DNA of 64,000 bases from Euglena gracilis (taxonomy: Eukaryota), in contig CP154954.1 of the NCBI GenBank assembly GCA_039621445.1, positions 44,123,847-44,187,846 on the forward strand. Reading direction: 5' to 3'. Shown here piece after piece: positions 13,046 to 26,400 of this stretch; the first letter of the stretch is position 1; each line of letters begins with the position of its first letter. Below the pieces are notes generated by a model. That model worked only from the letters and a program-made list of their open reading frames with translations. It had not been told where the DNA came from and ran no database searches. Made by a program: the position numbers and the translations under genes.

Positions 13046-14147
13046 ACCCACTCTGTCAGGTCGGCCCCAGCAGGGGCAGCCGAAGCCACTCCCTGCAGAA
13101 GCCCGGCCTTGGAGCTCAACGGATCGGACAACACAATCGACTGGTCGGATGATGGCCACACTTTGCTGTGTCCTTCCCTGATCGGTGCTGGTATAACCTC
13201 TGAACACTTACACTCGCCGCAGATCCAGCCTGGTCTGGGCGGGGTGTTGGGTCGGCACACCCCGTTGACTGTTGGCTCTAGCTGGTGGGATCGATGATGC
13301 TCTGCCTTCGTTGCACACGCCTTGCACAAAACCGTCACTCTCTGTTTTCGGCTTCGGTCAGGCAGCAGCCCACCGAGGGCAAGCCTGCTGGGATGCTTCA
13401 CCCGGAGCACAACAACCGTGTTTGGTCTCTGTTTGTCCGACCGGCAGGAGGCTTGCAGCCTGCCCACTCAATGTTGCCATCTCGCAGGCCTGCACACCAC
13501 ATCCGGTGCCGGCAATCACTCCGGAAGACACTTGACGCACAGGCTTCACACGACGATGGGTCACACTCTCCAGACAGTCAATGCTCAGCTGTGGCCACTT
13601 GCTTTGCCAGTTCAGATCCAGTTGGTGTTGGCGCAGACCCAGAAGGGTACTGCTCTGCCTCGATGCTCCACAGATGTCCCTTCGGTTGTTGGCTGTCGGG
13701 ATGGGCAGCTTGCAGGAACTTGCCTTGGGGTTGCACACGCCTCGTCGGCAGGGGTTGCTCCACTTGGAGAATTGCACACACTGATTCACCTGGCTGGTTC
13801 AGCCCACAAACACAACGGGTTGGCCGTTCAGGCATGCTGTAGGCCTGGTCTCGGATTCAGGCTTAAGATGCGTCCAGTCAGTATCCGTCACTTGGTAGCT
13901 TCACTACACCAGTCGCTCGACTCACGGTGGAAACCAGGGGAGTGCCACAAGGGTTCCTCTCGTACTACCATGTGATGCCATTGTCACGCCCATCGCACTG
14001 GGAGACGATACACTTCACCCTCCGGAAGGGGTTCGGAGGCTGTGGTGTGGGAGAGGCTTCACTCTGGTGGCCCACAACAACAGCTCCTGGCCCCCGGGGG
14101 CTGCAGTAAACTACGCACAGGTTGCTCTGTCTGTGGCAGGAGGGTAA

Positions 14148-14191
<44 letters not shown>

Positions 14192-14240
14192 GTTGGTGGG
14201 TGAACAATCCAACTCTTCCACTCGGCTGCGGGTGGGAAGC

Positions 14241-14272
<32 letters not shown>

Positions 14273-15077
14273 GACGTCGCTTTGAACGCTTGGCAGCCAC
14301 AAGCCAGTTATCCCTGTGGTAATTTTTCTGACACCTCTGGCTTCGATATCCAGAATTCGCACACTTGACCAAAGGATCGTTAGGCCACGATTGCACGTTT
14401 CGGACTCGTACTGAGAGTCGCAGCATCAGCAGCACCTTTGGCCTTCTCCTCCCTGGGAGATTTCTGTTCTGCCTGAGCAATGCTTCAGGACGCCTTCGTT
14501 GTGTTGTAAAAGGCGTGCCGCCCCAGCCAAACTCCCCAACTGATCGATGTTTCGAGACTGCTGATCGGACTGTGACACGTCCAGAGTCGTCCACAACAGA
14601 GACTGCTGCAGACTTGGTGCATGAATCGGGGAAAGCCACGATCCCACCACAAGGGCAGGGTCGATGTCCAAATGGCCACCGCTCTCTTGCAACTCGATGA
14701 GTAAAACAACGGTGAAGGTAGTGGTATTTCACTGCAGGCTCGCACCAGATTATCTCTTGGCGTGGGTCAGCCAGCACTCCGAAGAGAGAGGCCTCACCAT
14801 TGCCGTCTCCAGCACACACAACTGACCGTAGGGCAAGCCCTCTTCTCCACTCGGGGTTGTTGCCTTAGGCAGTCGGTGGCCTTCGTTGGTGGCACTCACC
14901 TCCCACCTATGCTACGCCCCACATGTTGTTGCACAGTATCAAACTAGAGTCAAACTCAACAGGGTCTTCTTTCCCCGCTGACACATCCAAGCCCGTTCCC
15001 TTGGTTGTTGGTTCACCAGACAGCGACTAGGGACAGCAGGAATCTCGTTGATCCATTCATGCGCGTCAATAATTGGT

Positions 15078-15138
<61 letters not shown>

Positions 15139-18100
15139 GCTGAATCTCTTCGCATTGACAATCAGAGCACTGGGCAGAAGTCACCTCACGGAACCAGCCA
15201 GCTGGTCCCTTCACAAAGCTGGGTTTCAATTAAACAGTCAGATTCCCCTGCACAGCAACAGTTCCACACGAGCCACTGGTTAGTCAACAGGTCGGCCCTA
15301 CAGGCCACGAGGACCCGAAGGGTTGCCCCTGTCCGGGATGAAGCAGAGGCCACGGCGAAGACAGCCCCGCAGAACGGCCCCGAGAGGCCATCCCACAGGG
15401 TGATCGACCGTAACTCCCACAACCCCCACGACAGGGCCTGCTGACTTGGCCTCTGGAGCCACCGTATCTTCCAAAGGTGCACGGCCAGTTTGCCGACTTC
15501 CCTTAGCTGCATTTCGTCCGTGGACAAGCGACGTCTAGTCGAGGAGACCGGCTGCGGTGATGCAGTACGGACACAAGGGTCCTGAGGCACGAGAATCCTT
15601 CAGGCTGTTCATTGGAACCAGTGACTGCCACTTTGCACACACTTTGACACGTTCGACTTTGTGTCGGATGTTGTAATCAGGACTGCCATCGGTGTGGAGA
15701 CCACACCGCCTTGCTGAGCGAAGGGCATACACCACCATCTGTCATGCCGATCGATAGCCCGCGTGAGTCTGCATCAGGAGGAAACGAGAACTCCACAGGG
15801 GATTCACTGGTTCGATGCCTGGAGGGGCTGCCTTGGGGGTGTCGCCACCGACCCGAAGGGACCTCTAGCCCATGACAGTAGAATCTTGCTCGCACTTGCC
15901 TGTTTGCCATTCCTGCCCGATGCTCTGCTCCTCTCTCAGCTCCCCTGCAAGGGAATCCAACGACGGGGGCAGCTTGGTTGTTGCTCTCTCCAGTGGCATG
16001 CACACCACGTCGAGGCCCCACCACAGGGGTTGAGGTCAGGCAGATCGAGGCAGCTTTGGTTGTTCGGTGAACTTACCACTTGGCTCACGGTCGGTTGACC
16101 CACATTCAACGGCTGTTTGGTGTGGAAACCTGCTCCACTCCAGTCCTCAACCGCACACAGCGGGGTTGTGTTGCCACTCCTCTCCAGGTGGAGTACTCGC
16201 TACTACAACCAAGATCTGCTCTGGGCAACGCCTCAAGCCGGGATCAATCCCAACACGATCAGCTGTTGTCCATGCCCTTTCTACACAACGATGCTCTGCC
16301 TTGGCTGCCACATCGATGGCAGACTGTAAGGGAGACACACTGACTTGGGCACCATCCATTTTCGGAGCTGCGCACTTCGGCAGGTGAGTTGTTACACATT
16401 CCTCAGCGGGTTCCAACCTTCATGGCCACCGACCTGCTATCCGTAGTAAGCAACATCCTTTGTGGGATCTGAGTATGAGCCAGCACTCGGGATCTGTAAG
16501 TCTGCTCTCGGAGCACCCCGCATCACCAGCACTGCTTACCAGTCATGGTCCACGTAGGATCCATTGTTCAACGACAGTCTTGCAACGACTCGTTCACTGG
16601 GATCGAACCACGAAGGGTCCGGGTAACAGTCGGGGGACAGCCTCGAGGCCACCGTTCTGCCATTGCCTTCCCCTCTGGAGCTGGGTTCTCTCTGCTTCAC
16701 CCCAGAGGATCCGGGTCTGGCTTGGGGTGCCACCGACTCCCTTGGCCTGACCCCACGACACGTCACCAGCAACGTACAGCCAGTTGCAACTACGGGACGA
16801 ACATGCTCAGAAGACGGGGAGAACTGCTGTTACACAGCCTCCTGTCGTGGCAAAGAAGCATGCCTGGGTTGTCCGCACCCATTCACAGTTCGAGGATAGG
16901 TTGAGGAGCTGGGCTCCCCAGGGTTGGCCTCTCATGCGTTGCTTTACCGGATGCAACCAGTCACATACAAGCTTTGCATCATTGGATCCCAGCTATCCTG
17001 AGGGAAACTTCGAAGGGAACCAGCTACTAGGTGGCTCGATTGGCCTTTCACCCCTATGCCGCACTCAGGCTACACAATTTGCACGTCAGAACAGCGACCG
17101 GCTTCCACCACAGTTTCCCATGGCTTCACCGTAGAACGGTATAGTTCACCACCTTTCGGGTCCCAAGGACCTTGCAAGCACTCGAAACCCTGTCCACTGG
17201 ACTTCGGGTCCGGTCGTTCCATGCAGAGACTAGCCCCATCTGGAAGGATAGTTGCCTTCACCACGCCTCAGAAGAGGTTTTGGATCAGCCATCCGACTGG
17301 CAAGCTCCTTAGACTCCTTGGTCCGTGTTTCGAGACGGGCAGAGAGCAGCACTGCAAGGAGGGGTGCCAAGCTCTGCTGCCAATTTCTCACTGGGGTCAG
17401 GCTGGGGGACGGTGCAGCCAGCAAGGGGACCACCGTCAGAACGGTGCAGCCCCCGGTGCAGCCAAGCACACCCCGAATCCAGCCCAACCACCAGCGACCG
17501 ACATGTCCGAAGACACACCGGGATCGAGGACAAGCAGCAACAACCATCGACCGGCATCGAACACCCGATGCAACAGGGCAGTGGTGTGGGAGGCCTCTGG
17601 CACACTCTGCTTGGAGACCGTTCAGCCACACAACAAGACCACCGTTGACCGGGGTCGGTCCGTCACGATTCCCACACTTGGTTGAATGTCTCACTCGCAA
17701 ACTCCAGGTCCTGGCAGGAGGCCCGCGTGCGGGGGGCGGTACAGGGGACTGGGGGGGGGCTGGGGGGTGGGGGGCGCTAGCGGGGGGGGGGTGGGGGGGG
17801 GGGGGGTGCGGGGGGGGGTGGGGGTAACAAAAAAAAAAAAAAAAAAAAAAAAGCTGCCACCACGGGGCGGCCACGATAGTCATCCCTGTCCGGAGACAGG
17901 GGCTCGGTGGCCAGCCCTGGGCTGACCCAGAGACGCTTGGTCAGATCTAGAACGATACAGCACTGCACACCACCGATCCTGTTGCGGCTTCAGGGACTTT
18001 TAACCCTCTTCGCGGAGTTCTTTGCATCCTTCGATCACTCTACTTGTGCACTATCGGTCCCAGGTCTGTATGCCACCTTGTGACGGATACACGTCACTCT

Positions 18101-18497
18101 TCAAACTGCAGTCCCAAGCCACTCTACTCGGGGATACAGCCAGCCACATCCCAGTGATCCCAGCACACGGTTCAGCCATACGGGACAGTCTCCCTGTTTC
18201 GTGGGTCCATTCCAGGACTCTTCTTGGTACTGGGAAGCACCGAGACACAGCCAACTGCTCCATAGCCCACAGGGTTTGCTGGATTCCAACGAAAGCCGAT
18301 CGAGATGCACCACAACCCAGGCACCACACGGGTGACCTAAAGTCGGGGTCCTCGAGTCAGGAAGCCCATTTTCAGGAAGAGCCGTGGGTCCTGCTCGTTC
18401 ATTCGCCATTACTGCAGCAATCGAGGTTGCTTGCTGTTCCTCCACTGAGTGATATGCTTAAGTTCGGTGGGTCATTCCATGTGCGCCAGGTCACACG
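13046..18497 (-). rRNA. LSU (28S-equivalent) rRNA region, fragmented euglenid type with internal spacers
   Basis: Minus strand shows ACCCACCGAACTTAAGCATAT near the 5' end, CCGTCTCGAAACACGGACCAAGGAGT, TAACTATGACTCTCTTAAGGTAGCCAAATG, CACAGGGATAACTGGCTTGTGGC and sarcin-ricin-like AGTACGAGAGGAAC (about 13953-13966). A 3'-terminal helix-like segment sits at about 13050-13130. Fragment boundaries not resolved. Confidence 0.92.
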
Positions 18498-18831
18498 ACC
18501 AGTTGTAGGCAGAGGGCCACTGGGACCTTGCCTGTTGACTGCCCATCTCTGGGCCGAGGGACCGACAGTGGTTCGAGGCAGATGCATCGTTGCTTGGGAG
18601 AGCCACAAGTTTCAGCCATCGGTTACTGGGGCAGGAGCCGGAGGCCCCTGCACCTCGACCGTGCCACACCTCCGTTGCATCGGTCGATCGATCCACTCGG
18701 ACAGCCAACAATCAACACACCGGCAATGGCATCGACCTGGCAGGGCCAGGCAACACCACCACCGATCATCGGAGCACCACTTGGGGAGAGGGGATCATTG
18801 CCAGCAATGGATCCACCTGCTCCCGTCCATC

Positions 18832-18994
18832 CAACACTGGCGCACAGGCAGCTCGGGGGGGAACCCCTTGCTGGCCAGTTGCGTTCGAAGCTGTTCCTTT
18901 GTCCAGATCACAAGACTCTGCGTATCACCGAACGTATCGCAAGGCTGCTGTGTCCTTCCTCAGAACCTGGGCCAAGACATCCACCACAACAGGT
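18832..18994 (-). rRNA. 5.8S rRNA (LSU1)
   Basis: ACCTGTTGTGGTGGATGTCTTGGC...GAGGAAGGACACAGC...TTCGAACGCAACTGGC is a 5.8S-like pattern, about 330 nt upstream of the LSU 5' end. Confidence 0.85.
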
Positions 18995-19077
18995 AAGCTC
19001 TTTGCCAGACGACTCCTTCGACCGTGACTTCATCGGAGGGTTGGTCAGACCCTCTCTCACCCAGCCTCGGGTTTGAC

Positions 19078-19613
19078 CCCCAGGCATACTAGGCATTCCA
19101 CGTTCAAGGCAGACAGTTGCAACCATCTATCCCCAGTACGTCACAGGCTTGCAGGATTTCCCAGCCTCTTCAGGCCAGGGCCCACCGGAGTGGGCATGTC
19201 GACACCTTCACTGTGACAATGTAGTGCGCGTGCGGCCCAGGACATCTGGGAGCATCACAGACCTGCTGTTGGCTCTAGCATGCATGCCCTTTGTGGCGGA
19301 CACAGCACCTCAGAGAAGCTGAACTGGAGGCTCTCGGGAGCATGCACCGGTACATCTCCCCCTGTTGCCAGGGGGCTGCCACCGAGCAGCCGAACCCTAC
19401 CAAATGCGAGCCTCAGGCTAGTGGGAGGCAGATGTCTCACTCGTTATCGGAATCAACCAGACAAATCACTCCACCAATCAGGAGCGGCCATGCACCACCG
19501 TCCACAAGATCAAGAAAGAGCTCTCAATCTGTCAATCCCAGTTGCGTCCTGACCTGGTAACATTCCCCGCGTTGAGTCAAATTAAGCCGCATACTCCACG
19601 CCTTGTGGTGCCA

Positions 19614-19647
<34 letters not shown>

Positions 19648-20311
19648 AGTACTCCCCCCTGAACCCACAGGCTGTGGATTTCTCGTTGTGGGAGGAGTGG
19701 CCCTGACAGAGTCTAGGATTCTTGCTCTGCCAAGGCCTGGCCGGCATCGTTTACAGTGGCCGGACTACGACGGTGTCTGATCATCTTTGCTCCCCGAACT
19801 CTCATTCTTGATCGACGGACGTGCACTTGCAGAACGCCTTCGCTGCAGTGGATCTGGCAGCGATCTAAGAATTTCACCTCTGGCGCTCCCGTATCTTTCA
19901 CCCCGAACAGTCCCATCACTTACGATCGATGGGTGCAAGCTGCAGGGACAGGGGACGAAGCCTGACGAGACCCGAAGGCCAGGCAGGGCAACGATCCTGT
20001 TGATCCTGCAGGAACACACCACCAGGTTGTCCAGAGTGGGCCCCAAGGCCAGCACAACTCCAATGCCACACTTGGTCGATGCCTTGACATTCCATGGATG
20101 GACATTCAGCCGTCGCGGGGATGCTTTGAGCACACTGAGTTTTCCAGGGTGTCGAAGACGGTGGGCTCCGGTGGTGGACCAGAGGTAGACTACCCAACTC
20201 GAGGCTGGGTCCCCTGTTGGTGTCCGTTGCCAGTGCGGGAGGCATAAACCGCTTTGGCCTGCAATGAAGCAGACTTTTGGCAGGAGCAGATCTCACCATC
20301 GACTGAGAGGT
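19078..20311 (-). rRNA. SSU (18S) rRNA, V4-to-3' fragment lacking the 3'-terminal part
   Basis: Contains GAGGTGAAATTCTTAGA, AAACTTAAAGGAATTGACGG, GGTGGTGCATGGCCG and GCACGCGCACTAC. It ends after GGAATGCCTAGTATGCCTGG with no GTACACACCGCCCGT or 3'-end motif. Confidence 0.92.
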
Positions 20312-23300
20312 AGATAAACAATAAAAATACTGGGCCAACCGTAGTTTCGGGCCAAAAAACAGGGGGCCGAGCAGTGAAAATTTTCAGAAAAAAAAAGGTT
20401 GGACAAATGTTAAAAGTTTTTATTTGTGCGACCAAAAAAGCGCCCAGTTTTTTTGCATTTTGTGAAGTCTATTTCACAAACTTCAAAAAAAATTTCAAAA
20501 CCATTTTGCGGGATTTCGCAAAAAGAAGTTTCTGACTTTTCTGGGGGAATAATTCATCTTCATTGTCTGCACGTGGCTTATATTTTTCCCATCTGGCCCA
20601 AAATCTATGTTTTCCAAAGTTTTAGGTTGTGTGTTGTGTGTGGAGCAATTTTGAGGGGTTTACTCGAGAAAAAGGTGGAGGAATTGAGGGTAATGAGTGG
20701 ATACTTTTTTTGTCGGGTATTTCACAGGCCACTATATGACGTGATGATGGGAGAGCAAGTTTGCACGAGTGTCAAACTTTCAGGAGGCTTTGCACACAAA
20801 AAAATCCAAAATTTTTGAAAAAAATTTTGGGGCCAAGCTAGACAAATTAAGGAACCAAGTTTGAATGGAAGGAGGAGGGGAGCCAAACTCTGGGGGGGGG
20901 GTCTATGCATACGTTGGTACCTGAAGATTGACTCCCAAGCCTTAACCTCCGCCCAAATAATAATAAATAACCCCACCCACGCCATGAGACACCCCCAACC
21001 TTGGACGTCATTTGGGGATTTTCGGTCCAACGCCAAATTTGATGCTGTTGCCCGGTGAGATTCAATTTGATTTTGGCATTCTTTTAGTCATTTGGGCCTT
21101 TTTTGGCGATTGCAGAGATCAAAGGGCAAAGCTGAAAACAATTCCTCTTCTCCGTGGTTGGTTTCCTCCTTGGAGAAACTTAATACTAAAAAGAAAACCC
21201 TCTGAACACGTTCATAAATAAGAGAGAATCTCATTCATAATTGCTTGTAGTTGTTTTGGCCATTTGATCATTCGGCGTGATTATTTGTGGTTTTGGAAAA
21301 TCCTCAAAATTGTGCTGGTTCCTGATTTGAAGAAATCCCCAGTACCTAACGATTAAGCACACACCTCTTTCAATTGAGTTTTTTTTCTAACATCTTTCAT
21401 TTTTTTTCTGTCTTTTTCCCCACGCCTCATTCCAAATTTGCACTGTTTCATTATTTGCGAAGCAGACATCGTTGCACACCAAAAAAGGATGGGAGTAAGA
21501 AAAATACTGCTGTCCAAACCTTCAAAATTCAGCTACCAAGAAGGTTGGGGACCGTGGATTTGGGGGACTGATAATATTATGGGGGAGCACATGGCTGGCT
21601 GACGGCTGGCCGACGGCGTGACGGAAGCCGGGTCATTTTGTTTAGCTGACTTTGGGTAACAAATGCCTAATTTGGTGTGCCAGTGGGGAATTTTGAGAGG
21701 CAAATTCCTAATTTAGTGTGCCAATTCCTAATTTTCGCAGGGGGGTCTCGGGGAAGGGGTCACGGGGGGAATGTGGCAGTTTTGACGGGTCACATGTGAC
21801 CAGTGTGACCTCACATACAATGTTATATGGGACCTATTTTTAGAACTTTTGGTTTAGACATAGATTGAATTAGGAATTTATCACACATTTTATTGGCAAT
21901 TTTGATTCCTACCCTCCCCCCCCCCCTATGTCCAACGACCAGTAACCTCTGTCCTCCGACCGGGGGGGGTGGTCGTTGGACATAGGGTAGTGACCAAAAA
22001 GGTGTCCTCTGACCGGGGGGGTGGTTGTTGGACAAGGGGTCAAAAAAAATGTTGGTGGGTAATTGGGACCCCACCCCCCAAATAAGGTCAAATTTTCCCT
22101 TCCAGCGCTTTGCGCCGAAAATTTTGGGCAATTTTGACAAATTTTTGTCCAAAAAGTGCCAAAAAAAAAATGGCATTTTGGCCAATTTTTGACCGATTTG
22201 GGGACACAAAAATTTTCGGCCCGGTGCTTCGCACCGGGACCAAAATTTTTGCCAAACCTCCAAAAAGGTGTCCTCTGACCGGGGGGGGGTGGTCGTTGGA
22301 CATAGGGGGGTCGTTGGACATAGGGGGGGGGGGGGGTAATTTGGGTGCCAATCCCTGATTGGGTGCCATTTTTGGCTCCTCCTGCGGAAACCCTCCATGT
22401 GTGGGTCGGGGGGGGGGGGTCGTGGGGGGGTCACGGGGGATACACCCTCCATTTCACACAAAATTTGAGCCTTTTTTGTCCATTATCAGGTAAGTTTTGC
22501 CAGTCCATTGAAAATGGGACACCCGTTGAGCAATTTTAGTTATTCGATTAATTTGTGAACAAAAATCCACACAATGACAAGAGAATGACCCAAAAAATAG
22601 GCCAAAAGGTCAAAATTGGTCAAAAAAAGTCCAAAATTGGCAAAATTGACAAAAATTGGCGAAAAATGACTTCAAATGGACAAAAATGCAGCCTCCACCA
22701 ACGATGAACATGACCTTGAAGGGAGATTAACGGCGAACTTCTGAATTGGCTCGGGTCATTTTCCTGTGAGTCACACGGCTGGCCGACGGCTGGCCGACGG
22801 CTGGCCGACGGCGTGCTCCCCCTATTAGTTGGGATATATATAAAAAAGGGCCTTGTGGGGCTGTGCTCCTCCACCAAATCCACTGTTCGCCGTCCACATT
22901 GACAAAAGACACCAAAAGTCATTACCTGAATGGCTACAGTTGTTACAAAAAAAATTGTTGTGCAACAAAAAATTTTCCATTTAAGGCCATTTTAGGCCAT
23001 TTTAGGCCGTTTTAGGCCATTTTAGCTATAGGTGCTTGGACGCAGGGGAGACACCCCCCATGGGTGACCATTGGCACCCATGACCAATCATGTGTGCCCA
23101 ATGCCAAAAATGGCAAGGGTGGTCTACTCAGGTTCAACCCCCCCCCCCGATCCAGTGCAGATGATCGGAGGTGCGGGACCCCCCCCCCTTCCCAGGAGCC
23201 ATTTTTGACCCGAAAATGACCTCACCCCCAAATTCCAAAAAAAACCCTCCAAATGCTCAAAATATCAATAAATTTGATGTTTTAGAATCCAATTCTCCAA

Positions 23301-23415
23301 AACAATTGTCAAAAAATGCCCAAATTCGCATTTTGAAGGCAAAACCAATACACTGCCAAAAAGTGCCAAAGAGGCAAAAGGTAGCGCATTGGTGAAACAT
23401 TTGGAAAAGCTTTGG

Positions 23416-23448
<33 letters not shown>

Positions 23449-26400
23449 GCAAATTGCTTGTAAAATCCTCCAGGAGCTCCCCCAGGATGTACACGTTTCC
23501 ACTGGAGAGCACTGAGATTAAGTTTCGGCTCCATCAGGAATTTTTTTTCATTTTGTGTAAAAAAAGGCATTTTGTCACCAAAAAAAAATGCAAAATGGGG
23601 GAAAAAATTGCAAAAATTCTGGTCTCGGGGGGAAATCGGGGCCCCTTCAAACCTTGGCCCAAAAACACTTGTCTCGAAATCGGCCCAAACACGGCTTCAG
23701 GGGGTGGGCCTGGGTCACGGGGGGGGGGGGGTCACGGGCAGGGCAGAACGGGAAGGCCTGGTGGGGGGGTGGTGGTCGACCACCCCCCACCAACCACAGC
23801 ATTTTCACCGATTTCGGGAAAACGGGGATTTTGGCCAGAAAAATTCTTGAAATTTTTTTTTGAAAAATGAACCCAAAACACATGATTTTTTGATGGAAAA
23901 CCACATTCTTTTCACAAAAAATCTCAAAAAATTCAGGGTTAAAAAAAATTGGTAGTTTTCAGGAGGGGGTGGAAAATAACGAAGGTCAAAAAAAGTGGAC
24001 CAAATTTTGGCACAGTCAAACTTTACTGCCTTTTTTTCTTTGAAATTTTTTGGACTTTCAATGGCATTTTTTGCTTCAAAAACCTCTCAAAATCAAAAAT
24101 TTGAGAAAATGTTGAATTGTTGGAAGGTGAGAAAAAAAACAGGATTTTGGGGCTTTTTGAGGAGACCCCCTATATGGGTCCCAAAATGGTCAAAAAAACA
24201 CCCGGCACCGAAGGCGCCGGAAAATTTTTTTTCGGGTCCAAAAATTGGTGCTCCCGGAAATACGGGAAGAGGTGGTGGGGGGGGGTCGACCCCCCCCCCA
24301 CCATGCAGAGGGTGGGGTGGGGGGTGGTCGACCTCCCCCACCCACAACCCTGGCTGTTCGGTCGACTCCCGTTCTGCCCTGGTCACGGGGGATTTTGGAC
24401 TATGAACTTTGGATGGATGATTTTGCAAAAAGAATTTCATTGCAATTCCAATTCATTACGGCTTTCTGAAAATGAGAGGGAAATGATGGCTCCGTGCGGA
24501 ACATTGGCCATGCTACTTCTGGTGGTCGGGCCGACCTTGGTCGGGCCGACCACTGGGGGTGTATGGGACGCGGGGGGGGACGGTGGGGGGGGGGACGTGG
24601 GGGGGGATGTGGGGGAGATGCCCCTCCAGAAGCCGAATTTTTTCCATTGTTAACGGCGCGCCCCCCCCCCCTTAGCCCCGATGTGCCTGGCTGTCCCAAC
24701 AAAAATTCACTCAAAATAGCGATTTTTTTCAGGGTCAAAAAGGGATCCCAAATGGTCGTTTTTTGACAAAAAAAAAGCAAAAATGGGCCGCGCACATAGC
24801 GCGCGGCCGGTTTCATCGAATTTTGACCAAAAAAACCCACAAAAATAACCAAAAAAGGACTTTTTGGGGACTCTAGGCGCCCGCAGCATTTCTATCTTCT
24901 TTCATTGGCCACTAGAAATCAAGAATTTGAGCACTCAAAATCTCGACTAGGGACTCTCTCATCAACATTTGGAAACAACAATAAGGAAATCAGGCATTTG
25001 CCACCCAGAATTAGAAATTAGCAAACACAAAAAGTTTGCACTCATGAATTTGGCATTTACTCCAAAAATTAGGAGTTTGCAAAAGAAATTGGCACCCAAA
25101 ATTAGGCATTTGCTTCCAAATTTCGGAGTTTGCACCTCAAATTAGGCATTTGCCTCCGAAACTTTGGAGTTGACACCCAAAATTTCGGCACCACCCAAAA
25201 ATTATGATTTTACCCCAAAAATTAGGCATTTGCAGTTTGCACCTAAAAATTAGGTAGACCAAAAAATTGGATATCACACCCAATATTTGGAATTTCCCTT
25301 AAAATTAGGAATCCGCATCCCAAATTAGGCATTACTCACTCAAAGCTAGGAATTGGCCCACCAAATTAGGCATTTGACAATCAAAATTGCACTCACATGA
25401 ACCCGCGTCCGTCACGCCGTCAGCCAGCCGTCGGCCAGCCGTGTCCAAGATGGAGAACAAATGCTTCAATTGGTCCTTGGACAACTTGCATTTGTTCTTC
25501 CTCCTTTCTTTTCCCTTCTCTCTCTTCGGTACTTGTTCGCTAAGCGACCCCCACCGAAATTTTTCTAAGTCGGAATTCTTAGGGTTATTGAAGGAGTATG
25601 TTCTGAACAGCCGGCTGCAGCCCAACCCAAAAATTTCAAGGGTTCAAAAATACTTGTTACTATCCGGCCGAACCGCTACTGAAATTTTTCTAAGTCGGTT
25701 AATGAAGGAGTTGGGTTAGGGTCAGGGTTAGGGTTTGATTTGGCTGTTTTTCACCATTTTTTTTGAATTTGGGATGTTTTTTTGACGTTTTTCGGGATAT
25801 TGGAATGTGTTTCCGTTCATTTTGAACTGAAATAAGAGAATCGAATTTTTGAGGGGGGGGTTGAAATTTCCAAAAAGGGGGGGTATTGCAGTACAGTGGT
25901 GGTCGGGCCGACCAGGTCGGCCCGACCACCATAGGTCGATAAGCCATGGCCAATGGGGGTGTCTCCCCCGCGTCCCCCCCGCGTCCCCCCCCCCCCGCGT
26001 CCCCCCCGGGTTACGATTTCGGCCAGAAGTTAGGCCAAAGTGCTGCCCTAACTTTGGTCCCAAAGTTAGTCCAGAAGTTAGGCCTAAATTGGTTTTTTGG
26101 TGATTTTGGTTTAATTTGGGGCTCATTGTTGGAAATTTTTCTCAGTCCTTTTTCCCTTAGGAATGTACAGACTCAGCGCATTTTTTGCGCATTTTTTTGC
26201 GCATTTTTGCGCATTTTTTCCGAGGGCCGCACAGCGCATTCCCCCCCCTGCACCTGAGGTGTGGGATTTTGCAAATTAAGATGTCAAATTTTGGAATACA
26301 CGATCGCTGAAAATAAGCGCTGTGTGCATCATGGCTGAATCCTGTGGCCATCTGTCAAAAGCCCTTGGGAAGAGCTTTCGATTGATGGGTAACATGGCAC

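Noticed and set aside
10449-20311. A functional chromosomal rDNA master copy or tandem array
   Set aside because: It is a single unit with a split SSU gene lacking its 3' end.
10438-20338. Many ORFs up to 324 aa across the rDNA
   Set aside because: They overlap rRNA and spacer sequence and are chance ORFs in GC-rich RNA genes.
21588-25443. Inverted GGCTGGCCGACGG..GTGACGG pair as TIRs of one element
   Set aside because: No TSD recognised, and the span crosses the boundary of the TSD-supported 24488-32101 element; more likely separate fragments.
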